Notes under the pieces: generated by a model
What the model saw: the letters and a program-made list of their open reading frames with translations, nothing else
The model's database searches: none
Told to the model about the DNA's origin: nothing
Position numbers and translations under genes: made by a program
Part shown: in pieces, positions 36,161-51,173 of the stretch
How the letters are laid out: each line of letters opens with the position of its first letter
Numbering within the stretch: the stretch's first letter is position 1
DNA from: Octopus sinensis
Lineage: Eukaryota
Direction of reading: 5' to 3'
Length of the DNA stretch: 64,000 bases
NCBI RefSeq assembly: GCF_006345805.1
Contig: NC_043021.1
Coordinates: 23,560,001-23,624,000 of the forward strand

Positions 36161-38787
36161 CATGCATGTATATTGGTATATCCAAGCAAGGAGGAACATG
36201 CACATATGGAAAGTATCTTTACTATCTGTAGAATAAAAAATAACCAATTAATGATTATGAGAAATAAAGTTTGATGCCACTCCTGCTAGATCATTGCTAT
36301 TTTTACTGTTATTATTGTTTGTGTTTCCTTGTTTAACCCCAGGGCAGCCTCGAAACAGTGTTAACTGACGTTTCAACCGTAACCATCACGAAATGTTTTG
36401 ACTTTAAATAGATTTTCTCAAATTTAACAAATATTTGTTCATTTGTGAATTCGTCCATATTTATTTCGAAACATTTATTTGAATAACACAAAGAGAGGAC
36501 AATCATTTGAATCAACAAAAATACTATGAACATAATAGTAAATGAGTAAAAAGAGTAAAAGAGTAATACAAATATGAAAACGACAACAGCGATACTCCTT
36601 TCTACCATAGGCACAAGGTCTGGATTTTGTGGGGAGGGTCACAGGCGATCACATAGACCACAGTAAACAACTGGTACTTAATTTATCGACACGGAATAGA
36701 TGAAAGGCAAAGTCGACCTCGGCGGGATTTGAACTCAGAACGTAGTGACAGACGAAATACTTCTTTGTTTACAACCCACACGGAGCTAAATACAGAAGGG
36801 ACAAACAAGAACAGACAAACGGATTAAGTCGATCACATCGACTGTAGTGCGTAACTGGTACTTAATTTATCGACCCCGAAAACTGAAGAACTTTAGTCGA
36901 ACGAATCGATTCCAGTACTTTTTTTTAAAGCTTCGTATTTCTTCCAACGGTCCATTTTGCCGAACCACTAAGTTTCGCCGAACCGCTAAGTTACGGGCGC
37001 TTAGTCACAACTACATCGGATTTCAAGTGGTAGTGGGAGTCAAACAGGGACATCACACACCCAGAAACCCACACATCGAAATTCTTTCAGTTTTCGTCTA
37101 CTAAATCCCCTCACAAGGTTTTGCCTTATTGGATTTTCAAAGCATAAAACTAATAATAGCACATATTTAAGTACTGTGTATGTTTATAGAAAATCATAAT
37201 TTTTTTTTCGAATGCTGCATCTCAAAGCAGAGACCCTATCAAAAATAGCAACGAAATATTGGGTTACCTCCATCATTCATTCACTGTCCCGTCACTGTCT
37301 CTCACATAATACCCTTTCTCTGCTACCTCTAATTCATCACTCTTAGCACTGTCTTTTCCATATTTCTTTGATGGATTCGAGACTATAGAAGAAGACATTT
37401 GCCCAAAGTACCACGCCGTGGGAATGAACGCACAACCATGTGGTTGGGAAAGAAGCTTCTTACCACGCAGCTATATAGTGTGAAGGTTTGTGGTCTAGTA
37501 GTGAGAGTATTGCACTCACAATTGCGAGATTGTGGTTTCCATTCCCAGCGTACGTTGTGTTCTTAAATAAAACACTCCGTTTCACGTTGTTCCACTGAAC
37601 TCTAAATGAATAATCCTGATATGGACAGGCGATCCGTTCGAGGGGAATGTTGGCTTGCCTGTCAAACCAGTGAGACAGTATCTTTCAAAAGCTAGAGCCG
37701 TGTGAAGCGCATTGTGACCAGCGGTGTACAATAACATCCGATAATCTGGTCGATACCGCGATGCTGTGATATATAAAACATATATAAAAGCATAACTATA
37801 GCGATCATTAAACTTATAAACTGTGTCTTCTTTGGTGAAGAAATCTTTCATTAGAACATGGACAAGTATAACTAATCACCAAATCACCTTAGCACCAAAT
37901 CCAGAATAACGTCTGTTTCAATATTAGACAGCAAATTAGGTGTTTTGTGATGCTAATAGCTGTAACAGAACAAAATCAAATGTGTGGACTATCTATATTA
38001 AATCACATAGAAAAAATTGAAATATATTATAATAAATATCATTCTAAAAATCACTAAACTGACTACGCGCGTATTAAACTGACTACGCGCGTTTCATGAC
38101 AATATATTTATAACGATAATAATAAAATCGATAATATTAAAATTCGATTTAAAAATACAGCAACTCTTCAGGTCTAAATTAATAAAATAAATGTATGTAT
38201 CTTAACCTATAACAATTAACAAATAAATATAGAAATATATGTATTGTAACAATAAATAATCAAATAAAATGTAACAATATTAATGAAAAATAAAATCATA
38301 ACTTATTTCATTGAAGAATACCAGTTAACTGAAATTTTAAACGTTAAAGTTAGAACCTAGCGTTGCTAAGAAATTTATCACGTGAAAAGATGACGTAAAT
38401 AATAACTATAGAATAAATAAATGGAAATATGTATTCAGCGGTGAAAATAACAAATAAACTAGATTTATTATACCAATTACTGGGAAAAATTCTAAATTCT
38501 CAATAATTTAAAACTAAAACATTATACGTAAAATACATAAAATAAACTAAATTTCGATAAATTAATATATATTCATCAATTTATTTATTCATTTTATAAA
38601 CACCTTGGTTTAATCTTATTCTTGCTAGGTTCATGCACTACATAATCTACGGCTGATTTATACTCATTACGAATTATAACTACATAAATTAGTAACATAA
38701 ATCAGGGTTTATAGATATACACAAATTAGCTAAACTTAATATTTCAGTAATTTAACATATGTCTACATTTAGTATTTCTCCCATCTT

Positions 38788-40799
38788 ATAATTTGTTGAT
38801 CTGATGAGCTAGACTTCTATATCTGCATTGGTGTGTTTATAAAATGTACAATAGTTCTTTTATAGCATCCAAACGATTGCAGGCATGTAAAGTAATATAT
38901 TATACACTAAAATAAATCATTTCTACATGATGTTGACTGCGAGATGAATGTTATCCTAAGGATATCAAGTGGTGCGATAAATATATTCATCTCGTACCTC
39001 CTGACTTTCTTTAGAGTCTACATACTCTTCCTGAAATCCTCCTCCTTCATTAGGTTGACTGCATTACAACTGCATAAGACTCTACATTACACTCCTACGT
39101 ATTGGTTTCCTATGTAGTTTGTGGTCCGGTCCACTAAAGGGGATTTTTTTGTGATTACCACCGAAATATATACATGCGTATATTGTGAATTAAATATGAG
39201 TGTGTTTGGGAATAAATGTGTGTTTGTATGTGTGTGTGTATGCGTGTGTATGTGTGTGAGTGTATATATGTGTATATGTGTAAGTATAGTGCCGGTTTAC
39301 GCACTATGATTCTATGAGTATCACTAGCAGAGATATCGCTGCTGACTCCAGCAGTGGAGCTTCTACCATTAACAGAGAGAAGTCCGAAATCCCGTTCTCT
39401 GTGTGTTTGTATATGAATTTATGTTAGTGTGTGTGTGTGCGTGTGTGTGTGTATGTGTGTGTGTGTTTGTGTGAATATGTTTGTGTGTGTGTGTGCGTGT
39501 TTGTTTGTTTGTGTGTGTGTGTGTGTAACTATAGTGCCTGTTTACGCACTATGATTCTATGAGTATCACTAGCAGAGATATCGCTGCTGACTCCAGCAGT
39601 GGAGCTTCTATAATTAACAAAGTCAGTGAAGACCGAAATCCCGTTATCTGGAAGTTTCGGTGGTGGTGATGGCAGGTGAGTTATCTCCCCGCTCGCAATA
39701 TAAAGAAGAGTGCTTTTATACACTAAAAGCCAATATCAGAGTTCTCTCATGGTAACTATCGCAGTAATTTTTGTTTTAACACAACATCCACTTTTAAATA
39801 AGGATCAATATTCCTTCTTTGCTATTCATACTGCTTCTGTCGCTAATAATGATCTTAAAAGCCTACTGGCTATTTCCGACACCAGTGCTTGTTTAGACAC
39901 TGTGATTCTATGTATGTCCCTAGCAGAGATGGTTCTAATGACTAAATTTGAGTAAAATAAAATCATCATTCTTCAATCAGTGCTCAAATTATATATTTAT
40001 TTAAAGCTTAAATCATATTTTAGTATAAATGTACCTTAAGCCCGTTACCTGACAGAATTGTCAGCACCGCCAGATATAATGTCTAGCAGTATTTCACAGC
40101 TCTTTATGTTCTCAGTTCAAATTCCACCGGGGTCAACTTAGCCTTTCATCTTTTCGAAGTCGATAAAATAAGTACCAGTTGGATGCTGGGGCTGGATGTA
40201 ATCGACTGGCCCCCACCCACCAAAATAGCTGCTTTCGAATCAAAATTTGAGACTTGTACAAATGTCTGGCTTGCGCCCTTATTTTCGACAGCGGATACGT
40301 CTTCCATAAGGTAGAGGACCGGCAGAATTGATAAAGCATCGAGTTGAATGATTCACAAAATTCTTTTCAGTTCCCTCCACTTTCAGGTCAAATCCTGCCA
40401 AGCTCAACCATTCCCTTTTTATTATAATGGGGGTCGATAAATAACATGCAAATTCAGTCATGGAGTGCATTTTTCTCTCTTCCCTCTGCTTATTCTAGAG
40501 ACGAAAATGGCTTAAACTGATGTTTAGAACTGAAAAGGGTTATCCTCTGCCAAATTTAAAACTTCTTGGACCCACATTTTGGATAGGCTGACATGAGCTA
40601 CGCAACAATAATCACACAGAGAAGTGGTTCCTGTTTTTCGTAAGTTTGTTTTTAATTACAGTGCACTTTAGAAATAAATAAGAAATATTTCGACACACGC
40701 TGTAAATATAGCCAAAGGCAATGCAAAATAAGTAATTGTAAGTGTCGTGTTTGTATTAATATGTATGAATTTTTCAGTTTCTATTCGTTGGTTTACGTA
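38788..40799. repeat. Inverted segmental duplication, partner 7129-8943
   Basis: Reverse complement of 7129-8943. Carries an extra partial unit at 39283-39400. Confidence 0.9.
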
Positions 40800-40815
40800 T
40801 ATATATATATATATA

Positions 40816-41839
40816 CTAGCATTAAAGACCCGTCGTTGCCGGGCCGTAGTGCTAGTGCATGTTTATATGTGTATATATATGTGTACATATTACATGTACA
40901 TCTATATATATACATCTACACATAAAATGCCAAATACAAAGTTATATCTTGATATCGCTAGTGATAACAATACTCAAAATATATAACAGACTGGAATTGT
41001 TAGCCCGTCTCTTGTAATTTCGATCAATTGTATCTTGTCCTCCCTTTTGTATAGAAGTGTGGCTACAATCCAGCCTACCTCTACTTCGGGGGGGGGGCAT
41101 TTTAAATTTTTTTCCTGGATGTCCTACGTCCCAGATATAAAGGTAAAAATAAAATATTTCCACTTTGCACGTTCGAGTCGAGTACTCCCTTGCACGCTCC
41201 GTTGACTCGAAACTTGCTTCTATTGTGGCGCATTTACCGCCTCTGATTAGATATCTTTCATAGTCGCACCAAGACACTTTTCGAAGGTGCTTTCCTCCAT
41301 ATGTTCAAATCTTCTTTTTTCTCTACATTGTATACTTTAAAGACAATAGTCTTTTCTTTAATTTAATTTTTTATTATCCATCTGGACTATTCCTTTTCTG
41401 CACGCTAATTTTATTTTTTAATTTATTCCCATTCATGTGAAACCACTTATTCAAGTTCAAATCATTGATGCAATTTTATACCAATTGCTATTTTTACTTT
41501 TGTTATGTTACGATTATATTAAACTTTAGTATGATTTTAATTATTACTTACTACATATAATTCAATTGTTATTATTTTTTTTATTGTTAAAGTGAAAGCA
41601 TCTGAAATAAAATTGAAAAATATTTTTGTTTCACTTTTAACACGTAAAACTGAAATAGTGGAGAATATATGATATTGCTATTGGCTCGCTCTAGTCAAGA
41701 AGTTAACATTTTTTGCCCATGAAATTACTGGAACCTAAGTGAGGCATGTGTAAAATTTGAAAGAAATTGGTTTTGTAGTTCTTAAGTTATAGGGAAACAC
41801 ACAGACAGACACACATTCTCAGATTTATATATATAAAGA
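40816..41839 (-). mobile_element. Non-autonomous Helitron in (TA)n
   Basis: Minus strand starts A|TCTTTATATATA and ends with a CCCG/CGGG hairpin then CTAG|T. Same termini type as 24136-24534. Confidence 0.75.
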
Positions 41840-42159
41840 TATATATATATATGTATATAAAGATTGCCTGAAACCATGCATTGTACAGGAAATACAGTGT
41901 AAATGTTTTTCTTTTTCATTCCCTATATATTAATAATAGTAGGGGTTTTAATAATAGGTATTATGATAATAATGCCTATTAACAAATTAAAAAATTATTC
42001 CATTAATAATAGAGACCAGAATATAATTAATTGTACATGCAGAGATAAGACAAAATGTTAATTTATAAATAAATTTTATTTGGATGATGTAATATGTAAA
42101 CGTGTAGTGAGTTTGATTGATGATAATATTAATAGGATTAATTATAATTTAAATGCGAT

Positions 42160-42480
42160 TTACCTGGGATCAACTTCTAATAAAATTATATTTAAAGGTG
42201 GCTCAACACATGCATCCATATAAGAATAAAACATTGATTAATTTTATTGGCCTTAGCAAATATATATGGGAATTGAAATCTAAAGGAATTAGGTATAATT
42301 TAAATTGGGAGATAATTTGTAAAACTACATCTTATCGAATGGGTCATAATGTTTGTTTATTATGAGCAAATGAATTTATGGAGATATTACTATCTAATAA
42401 TAAAAAATTGATAATTCCCAAGATGGGAGAAATATTAAATATAGACATAGGTTAATTACTTATATAATAAGTTTAGCTAA
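42160..42480 (+). pseudogene. Decayed PLE GIY-YIG C-terminal fragment
   Basis: GLSKYIWELKSKGIRYNLNWEIICKTTSY...CLL, similar to the ENs at 1-330 and 12400-12700. Confidence 0.7.
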
Positions 42481-42899
42481 TTTATGTATATCTATAAACC
42501 CTGATATATGTTACTAATGTGATCGCCTGTGACCCTCCCCACAAGATCCAGACCTTGTGTCTATGGTAGAAAGGAGTATCGCTGTTGTCGTTTTCATACT
42601 TGTAGTACTCTTTTACTCTCTTTACTCATTTACTTGTTTCAGTCATTTGACTGTGGCCATGCTGGAGCACCACCTTTAGTCGAGCAAATCCACCCCAAGA
42701 CTTATTCTTTGTAAGCCTAGTACTTATTCTACCGGTCTATTTTACCGATCCGCTAAGTTACAGAGACGCAAACACACCACCATCGGTTGTCAGGCGATGT
42801 TTGGGGGACAAACACAAAACACATAAACACACACACACATACATATACACATATATATACGACGGGCTTCTTTCAGTTTCCGTCTACCAAATCCACTCA

Positions 42900-45690
42900 G
42901 CAAACCAACCAAAGTACAGACCCTCCACGACAATCCATGTACTACAACCATTTTTAGACGCAAACCAGAGAAACAGATATGTGAAATGGAAACAAATAAA
43001 CAAGTCCAACCGAAAATAATCAACCTGTCAAAGAAAATCCTGAGTTCTACACAAATAAAAATCCTAGCAAGAGGTCTAAAATATACCGAACCCAAATGAA
43101 ATTAAGGACAATACTTTGGACTTCTGCCGAAAATTACGCCTCACAGAAGTTCTTTACAACTATACCAGTGAAGATGACTCAATAGTGAAAAACAAAAGTG
43201 AGAACCATCCTACAAAAGGTAGAAATAAAGCACTTGATGTTTTCTGTGATCACTTCACTTGTTTTCCTTACAATACCATTCCAAAACAACATATCAATTC
43301 CAACCTTAATTTAAACGAATGGAAAGACTTTGTCGAGCTAAAAGAATTACATAAACCTCACTATTAAAGAAGCTGACAAAGGAAGTACGGTAGTATTGAT
43401 GGATACAGAGTACTACAAAAATTTAATACTTTCCATGTTGGAAAATAATGCTTACTATGAAAAACTAACATATTACAACCCACAGAAGACACTGAAAAAT
43501 TTATCCTCCCTACTCCAAACTCATGGAAAGGGTCTTACAACACATGAAATTGACTATCTATCCAATTTCAAATACAGTCTCAGTATATTCTACGGATTAC
43601 CCAAGATACATAAGAATCCACTCATTTGTGAAGCCTGCAAAGTCCTCTACAAGCCTATGCATTAATGTCCCTCCACCTACTGACCTCAAACTCAGGCCCA
43701 TCATAGCTGACCCTTCCTGCGAAACCCACCGTTTGAGTAACTTTCTTGACATACTACTCAAACCTCTTTTAAAATATGTGAAAAGCTACATCAGGGATGA
43801 CCTAGACATGCTGAACCACCTCCCGAAGACAGTAAAGGACGGAACTCTACTGGTGTCTTTCGATGTGGTGAATCTATACACTAATATCCCACACGACTAT
43901 GGTATAGAAGCAATCACATTTTGGCTAGAAAGGCACCCAGAAGAGATCCCAGGACGAATTAACCACAATTTTATAATTGAAGCACTTAAATTCGTCCTGG
44001 GGAACAATCATTTCTTGTTCGATACTAATTACTATCGACAGAAATGCGGAATTGCAACGGGGACCAGAGCCGCTCCAGTTATTGCAAACCTCGTAATGGG
44101 TTACCACGAACTTAAGTTATACCAATCATCACTAGAAAAATATGGCGCCTCTTTCAATTACTACTTAAAGGAGAACTGGAAGAGATATTTAGATGATTGC
44201 TTCATACTTTGGCAAGATAGCATGGATCAACTCCTTGATTTTAAAAGAATGCTCAACAACATACACAGCAATATTCAATTCACTATGGAACACAACAGTA
44301 AGCAACTACCTTTTCTAGACATCTTAATTAGAATAGTTAACAACCACATAGAAACAGACATCTTTTATAAACCCACAGACTCTAAACAATACCTATTATT
44401 TAACTCTTGCCACCCCAAACACATAAAAATCAACATACCCTTTAACCTAGCAAAAAGAATCTGCACCATAGTTTCCGATACATACACTCGTGAACATAGA
44501 CTCCTTGAAATTAGATCTACACTAACTAAAAGACACTACCCAATCTCATTAGTAAATGAAGGCATCAAAAGAGCTAAGTGAATAGATATACAAAGATTAA
44601 GGAAAACTAGCCGAAATACTCAACAAGACTTAAAAATACTCCCGTACATCTCCACACATAACCCCAGAAATAACGAAGCCTTCAACATCATCACCCAAAA
44701 CCTCCCCATCCTCACAGCAGACAAAACAATGAACGAAATTTTAAGCTCATATAAAATTAGAAAAAGCAAAAAGCAACCGAAGTCACTGAAAATAATACTA
44801 ACCAGCGCTAGACTTTACCAACTAACAACTGAGCTAAAAGTGACAAAATGTGGACGTTCTAACTGTGGAACATGCCCCCCACCTTCTGGAGGGTTCAGAA
44901 TTCCATTTCAAACAAGGAGAAATATTTAAGATCAAATCAAATTTCACCTGCGCCTCGGTAAATGTAATATATGTCATGACATGCATAGAGTACGGTAAAC
45001 TCTATATTGGACAAACAGGAATTTCGCTCCGTCAAAGAATCACCATTCACAGAGAGCAAATCCGCCACCCACAATACAGACAGTTAAAGGTGAGTGAACA
45101 CATAGAAAGATGTGCCAGGAATCTTAATCCCAATTTCCAAATATTTCCCTTTTACCAATGCTCACAGAACACCACAATGCAACAAAGGTTGAATAAAGAG
45201 TCATTTTTCATCAACAAATTTCTCTCCCAACTGAATCTGAACACACAACTCAATACAGAACACCACTAACTCTTCAATTTAAACCACTAAACCCTATACA
45301 CTTTCTACATCACTCACATTTCTAATTCCTGAACTACTTACTACCCTTATACATATAATCCAGAACTACTTACCTCCCTTACAAATAAGCACTTTTCTCA
45401 GGAACTATTAGACCTGACACCGTTTACTAACCGGTGTTGTTCAAACGATGAATAGCTAACACGAAAACCAATTGGTTCGTTTCAGTCTCTTACATTATTA
45501 TTATTACTATTATTAACTTCTTATAATCATCAATAATAATGACCTTTTCGACGAATAATACTTTAAATGTATATATTTGTCACTACCTGTCATAAATAGC
45601 CTTTTTATATCTATAATATGCATTTTCGTTGATTCTTCATTTTTACCCTTACATTTCCACGTGGATTTTATATTTTTTTTCAAAACATAT
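42900..45690 (+). mobile_element. Penelope-like element (Neptune-like), frameshifted
   Basis: ILARGLKY N-terminus. RT 43523-44581 with FDVVNLYTNIP and WKRYLDD. Linker KCGRSNCGTC. EN NVIYVMTC..LYIGQT..RITIH. Ends at (TA)n. Confidence 0.92.
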
Positions 45691-45696
45691 TTCTAC

Positions 45697-45832
<136 letters not shown>

Positions 45833-46169
45833 CGTATATGTGCATATATATGTATGTGTCTGTGTATATTTTTGTGTCTGTGTTTGTCCCCCCAACATCG
45901 CTTGACAACTGATGCTGGTGTGTTTACCTCCCCGTGACCTAGCGGTTCGGCAAGAAGTGACCTATAGAATAAGTACTAGGCTTCCAAAGAATAAGTCCTG
46001 GGGTCGATTGCTCGACTAAAGGCGGTGATCCAGCATGGCCACACTCAGATGACTGAAACAAGTAAAAGAGTTAAAGAGTAATGAAATAATTTCCGTCATT
46101 ATTAATATATTTTTAACCATCTATCAGGCAATTTAAATATTCCATCAGCATAAAATTTGATTGGATTTG

Positions 46170-47147
46170 TAGAAAAAATGTTATCCAGATACCTTTCGAC
46201 ACCATCTCAAATCGTTAGATGTTTTTCCTTCCAATGAGTTATGTAGCGAGGAAAACAGGTGGTAATCGGGTGGTGCAATATCAGGAGAATATGGTGGATT
46301 GGGTAAAAGATTCCAGCCAAGTTCATGTAAATTTGTTCCATCAGTCAAAGACACAAGTGATCGGGCATTGTATTGTTTGAACACTACCCTTTCCTGTTGG
46401 CAATCTCCGGCCTCAATTCTTTGATATTTTGTGATTGAAATTAGCCAGCTGACGACAGTACCTATCAGAATTAAGGGTCTGGTTTTGTGGTAGAAGATCA
46501 TAATATATAATGCTTTTATGAGCCCACCAAATACAAGGTATAGATTTTTGGAATGAATATTTGTCTCTGGCTGCTGTTTTGGGCGATCGTTACACAAACT
46601 CCAGGATCTTTTCCGCACTAAGTTTTCGTGCACAATCCATTTTTCATCTCCCGTCACAAGTTGTTTCAAAAAGGCATGCTTTTATTCCGTTTCAAAAGCA
46701 TATCACAAACGGAATACCGGCCCAAGCAATTCTATTCTGAGAGTTTGTGAGGAACCCATACACTACAGCAAGGAATGTATCCTAGCTTCACTAGGTTTTC
46801 AGGGGCCGTACTTTTAGAAACTTCCAACTCCTCTGTAAGTACTCTAGTAGTGATATTTGAGTTTTCTTCGATTTTTGCTTCCAAATCATCTTCATCCAGT
46901 TTTGAAGGTCTTCCACTGCAAATGTCATCTTCCAAGCTAAACTCTCCAGCTTCGAACAGTTGATTCACCAACAGCATCATCACCATAAACTTCACAAACA
47001 CTTTTGCAAGTCTATGAAGCATTTCCCCTTTTTAAAAAAACGAAAAGCGACGCCAAAGTTTTAACTGCGTTACGTATCAGGTGTGGTCAATGAAACGTGG
47101 AAAGACTTAGCTTAAAAATGCTCAAGACTTTCCGGACAAACTAATAT
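46170..47147 (-). mobile_element. Decayed mariner element
   Basis: VTGDEKWIVHEN and PPYSPDIAPPDYHLF. TIR-like TATTAGTTTGTCCGGAAAG at about 47125-47147. Confidence 0.88.
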
Positions 47148-48969
47148 TTATATACAGTTACGTGTGTATGTGTGTGTTGCATTTGTGTTTGCCTCTCGCC
47201 ACACTTCACAACTGGTGTTAGGTTGTCTAAGCCCCCAAGTCCAATATAATAAGTACCAGGCTCAAAAAAAACTGGGGTCAATTTGTTCGACCAAACCGTT
47301 CAGTAGGGTCGTAGTCCAGTGACTGAAACACGTAAAAGGTAAAATATTACATACACAGACACATACACACACACACAGACGCAGACACACACACAGGAAC
47401 AGACACAGACAAAGACACAAAGAGACAGACACTGGCTCACGCGCGCACACATGCATACACAAACACCCACACACACACAGCGTAGTCCAAAAGGAACAAG
47501 TCCATTTTAAATATAATAACTCATTTACAATTGATTTTTCAGTTATTTTGTTTCAGATTATTGACCTGTACTTCTTGGAAAATAATCGTAGAGAAAGTTA
47601 CGATAAAGCAACGAGTAAAAATAATCGAATTTTATCAAGAATATCAACAATCAATTGTGTTAACCCAAAGGATATACATTCGCCATTTTGGATTCTGACA
47701 TTGACCATCAAAGAAGAAGCGATTCTCAGTTTATTCTGACGGTTTGAACCATAGAGGGCTGTAACAGGATTACCACGAACGGAAAGGCTGGGCTCAGGGA
47801 TGTCTCAGAACAACATTCAACGTGTACGGTTGAGCATAGAAGAAAAGCTTTAACCACCAGCCCAATGGCGGTTCCCAGTAGCTTGGTGTATCGCGAAGTT
47901 CACCACAGGGGAGTCAAAGGATACTAAATTTATAAAGTGCAGCTGGTTCAGGAACTAAACCCGGCAGATTATCAGATGCGATTTGTGTATGCTGCCCAGA
48001 AACAACAATTAGCAAAGCAAGAAGGTGATTTTATTCACAACATGATTATGAGTGATAAGGCTCATTTAAATCTAAACGGCTTTGTTATAAATCTGGAATC
48101 TTAAAGACGAGGGAACCAGCTACGACATCAAATGGAAAATCATTTTGAAAACCAGACCCTATATTAATTATTTAAACAAATCTCTTCTATATGATCTCTC
48201 GTGAAACTATATCTCTGAAAGAACTTAAGGTCCTCCAAAGTTTACGTAATTTCCGGAACAAATTTTATTCGTTATATCTGCATTTTAAGAAATACATCTT
48301 AGCCAAATTCAAAAATTTAAAAACAGGCCACCTGACACATCGTTACCACTAATATCTTTGTTGGTCATTTTTCCCTGAGTAGCTGTATTTCACAAGACTT
48401 GTGGTTTTCACAACACGCACACACACACGCACACACATACACACACACACATTTATATACTCATCAAAAGCCCATATGAAAGGTTGTCTCATGGTAATTA
48501 TTGTGACTTTCGTAGTATTTTGTGTTCTGAAACAACATCCACTTTTAAGTAGGAATAAATATTACCTTTCGATATTAATACTGCTTTTCAAAATAGTAAT
48601 TATTTCTTAATAAGCCCACTGGCTATTCTCAACGCCAATGCCTGGTTAGATACCGTGATTCTATGTATATCGTTTGCAGAGATATCGCTGTAATCTCCAG
48701 GGTTGGAGCGTCTACCATCCACAAATCCAGGGATTGCCAAAATCCCGCGATTTGGTAGCCTTAGCGGTGTCGAGGGCGAGTGATTTAGCTCCTCGCTCGC
48801 GATATAAAGAAGAGTGATTTTACGCACCGAAAATCAATATGAGAATTTCTCTCATGATAACTCTCGCAGTATTTTGTGTCCTAACACAACGTCCACTTTT
48901 AACAGATTGATGCACACAAGTTTCCAAGCAGCTATGACGAACTTAGTAACAAAAGTCCTGTCATGTCAC

Positions 48970-49485
48970 GTCACCTATTTCCACAGCGTCTCGGAATTAA
49001 TACGGTTCTTAAGGCCTGGATGAATGAAGTACACAATTGAAGGCCATATATGTTTCAGCAAGACAGCATCTTCTCTACAAGGCTAATTCATCTTGAGAAT
49101 GGTTGCAAGATAATACTTACGATCATGTGACCGGATGACTCTTGGAGATTCTCCAAGAATCATGAGGTTTTAATTCAATGGACTACTAGGATTGGAGTAT
49201 TGTAGAGATCGAAACCAATCGACTCAATTTCCACAGCTTGGCTGAATTTCACCAATACCCGGATGATGCTCGAAATGAATAACCATTTTAGGCAGGCAAG
49301 TGAACGATTGTGTTCGTGCATTAAAGAAGTCGTCGAAGCTGAAGGCGGATTTATAAAATAATCTCATAAGAAAGCTTATCAAGAACATCTGCGCAAATTA
49401 TCTTAAAATATATTCTTTCTTTGCTAGATTAGAGATTGTTTTTTATTAAACCTCCAAATAAGTCCTCAGAAATCTCACACATCTT
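48970..49485 (+). mobile_element. Tc1-like relic present only upstream of copy C
   Basis: Degenerate FQQD... catalytic-domain fragment. It interrupts homology with 16310-16380. Confidence 0.55.
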
Positions 49486-49506
49486 GTTTGTCTGTCTATC
49501 TATCTA

Positions 49507-49613
<107 letters not shown>

Positions 49614-49643
49614 GTATGTCTGTCTATCTATCTATCTATCTAG

Positions 49644-49678
<35 letters not shown>

Positions 49679-49746
49679 ACTATCTATCTATCTGACTCTC
49701 TGTCTATCTATCTATCTATCTATTTATCTATCTATCTGTCGATTTT

Positions 49747-49778
<32 letters not shown>

Positions 49779-50102
49779 CCACTTCCCTAGAAAATAGATA
49801 GCAGCCATTTTTATTAGTAATGTTTTGAACTGAAATTATTGCATTGTGATTGAATAAATGCAGCACTTACATATTTTTCCTATACATCTGATGCAACAGT
49901 TTATCTACTGACACCAAATGATGGAAAGCAACTCAATGAATACACAGGTTCGTGAATATCCCTGCTTGACTCCTGAATACAGTTGATGGATAGGTTTCCC
50001 ACTCTCTCCATTCAAATTGTTCCTCTAAGGAACATGAGTTACGCTTATCATCTATATATTACATTATTTAATATAATATAGACTAACAGCTTGTCATGTC
50101 TG

Positions 50103-50159
<57 letters not shown>

Positions 50160-50516
50160 GTATCTACCTATCTAGCTATCTATCTATGATACACACATAT
50201 ATGCATATTCATACATATCCACATATCCATTGGCAAATATACATATACATATATGTATGTACATATATGTATATATATACGTCTATGTATTTACATAAAT
50301 GCATAAACATGTATATATATTTATGTCTATATATCTATATGCCTATACACACACACGCTTATATATATATATATATATGAAAGCAGGAGAGAGCTAAACG
50401 AAACCACTGACAGCTGACATCATCGATAGACTTGGAGAAAGGAACTTGAAGAGAGAAGATCACGATCTTAGCAACAGAAGACACTGTATCTAAGCGAAGA
50501 GAAAGAAATACGAAGT

Positions 50517-50622
50517 ATGTGGAAGCTTTTCTCAATTATTTTACTGCAATGGGCATTAACCTCTCAAGGATTTTATTTTCGGACTGAACTCGATTGGGAA
50601 GCAGAGGAAAAACCCCAAGCAG
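50517..50622 (+). CDS. Stanniocalcin-like protein, copy C, exon 1
   Basis: [35 protein letters not shown] plus 1 nt, donor CAG|GTTAGT, 106 nt as in copy B. Confidence 0.85.
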
Positions 50623-51128
50623 GTTAGTGTATTGCAGTATGACCGTATGTATATATATATATATATGTTTGTTGAAATGGAAAGATGAATTATCTTGTTA
50701 CGGATTATTCAAAAGTTTAACTGATACCTGGGTAGCAAAAATCACAGCAGAAAAAACATATATATATATAGACGCCATGATAGATCGTTAGCCACTACAC
50801 ACATTTTTTCTCCCCGGGTTTCTCTCCCTTTTTTGTGTCCCTCTCTGTAGAAGAGCGTAGGCTCGAAATGTAAAAGACTTTTCTATTTCTGAGCGTTATA
50901 CTAATATAGCTGTTTGTTCTATACATATCAGTATATATGTATGTAAGTATGCGTAGGTATATGAATATATATTTATGTATATAAGTGTGATTGTGTGTAT
51001 ATGTATATATATATGTATATGCACATGTAACTATAATGATATTCGAGGGGCAGCTGATAATGGAGGTATGTTGGACTGTTGGTATGGCTGATTTTGTATA
51101 TGTAGAATAGTATTACAACACATCCTTT

Positions 51129-51173
<45 letters not shown>

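Noticed and set aside
39560-39670. DIAADS peptide suggesting a protocadherin EC1
   Set aside because: The flanking residues do not fit, there are no DxNDN or DRE motifs, and the homologous copy reads differently.
44579-44581. In-frame TGA between RT and EN as selenocysteine or programmed readthrough
   Set aside because: It is not at a Cys-type position, no SECIS was recognised, and the element has several other frameshifts. An ordinary nonsense mutation is more likely.
45430-45480. Hammerhead in the tail of the Neptune-like element (also about 1015-1040 and 56495-56530)
   Set aside because: The core and stems are too degenerate to support a call.
47800-48110. Additional Tc1/mariner relic
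   Set aside because: Only a faint SDKAHLNLNG similarity, too decayed to delimit.
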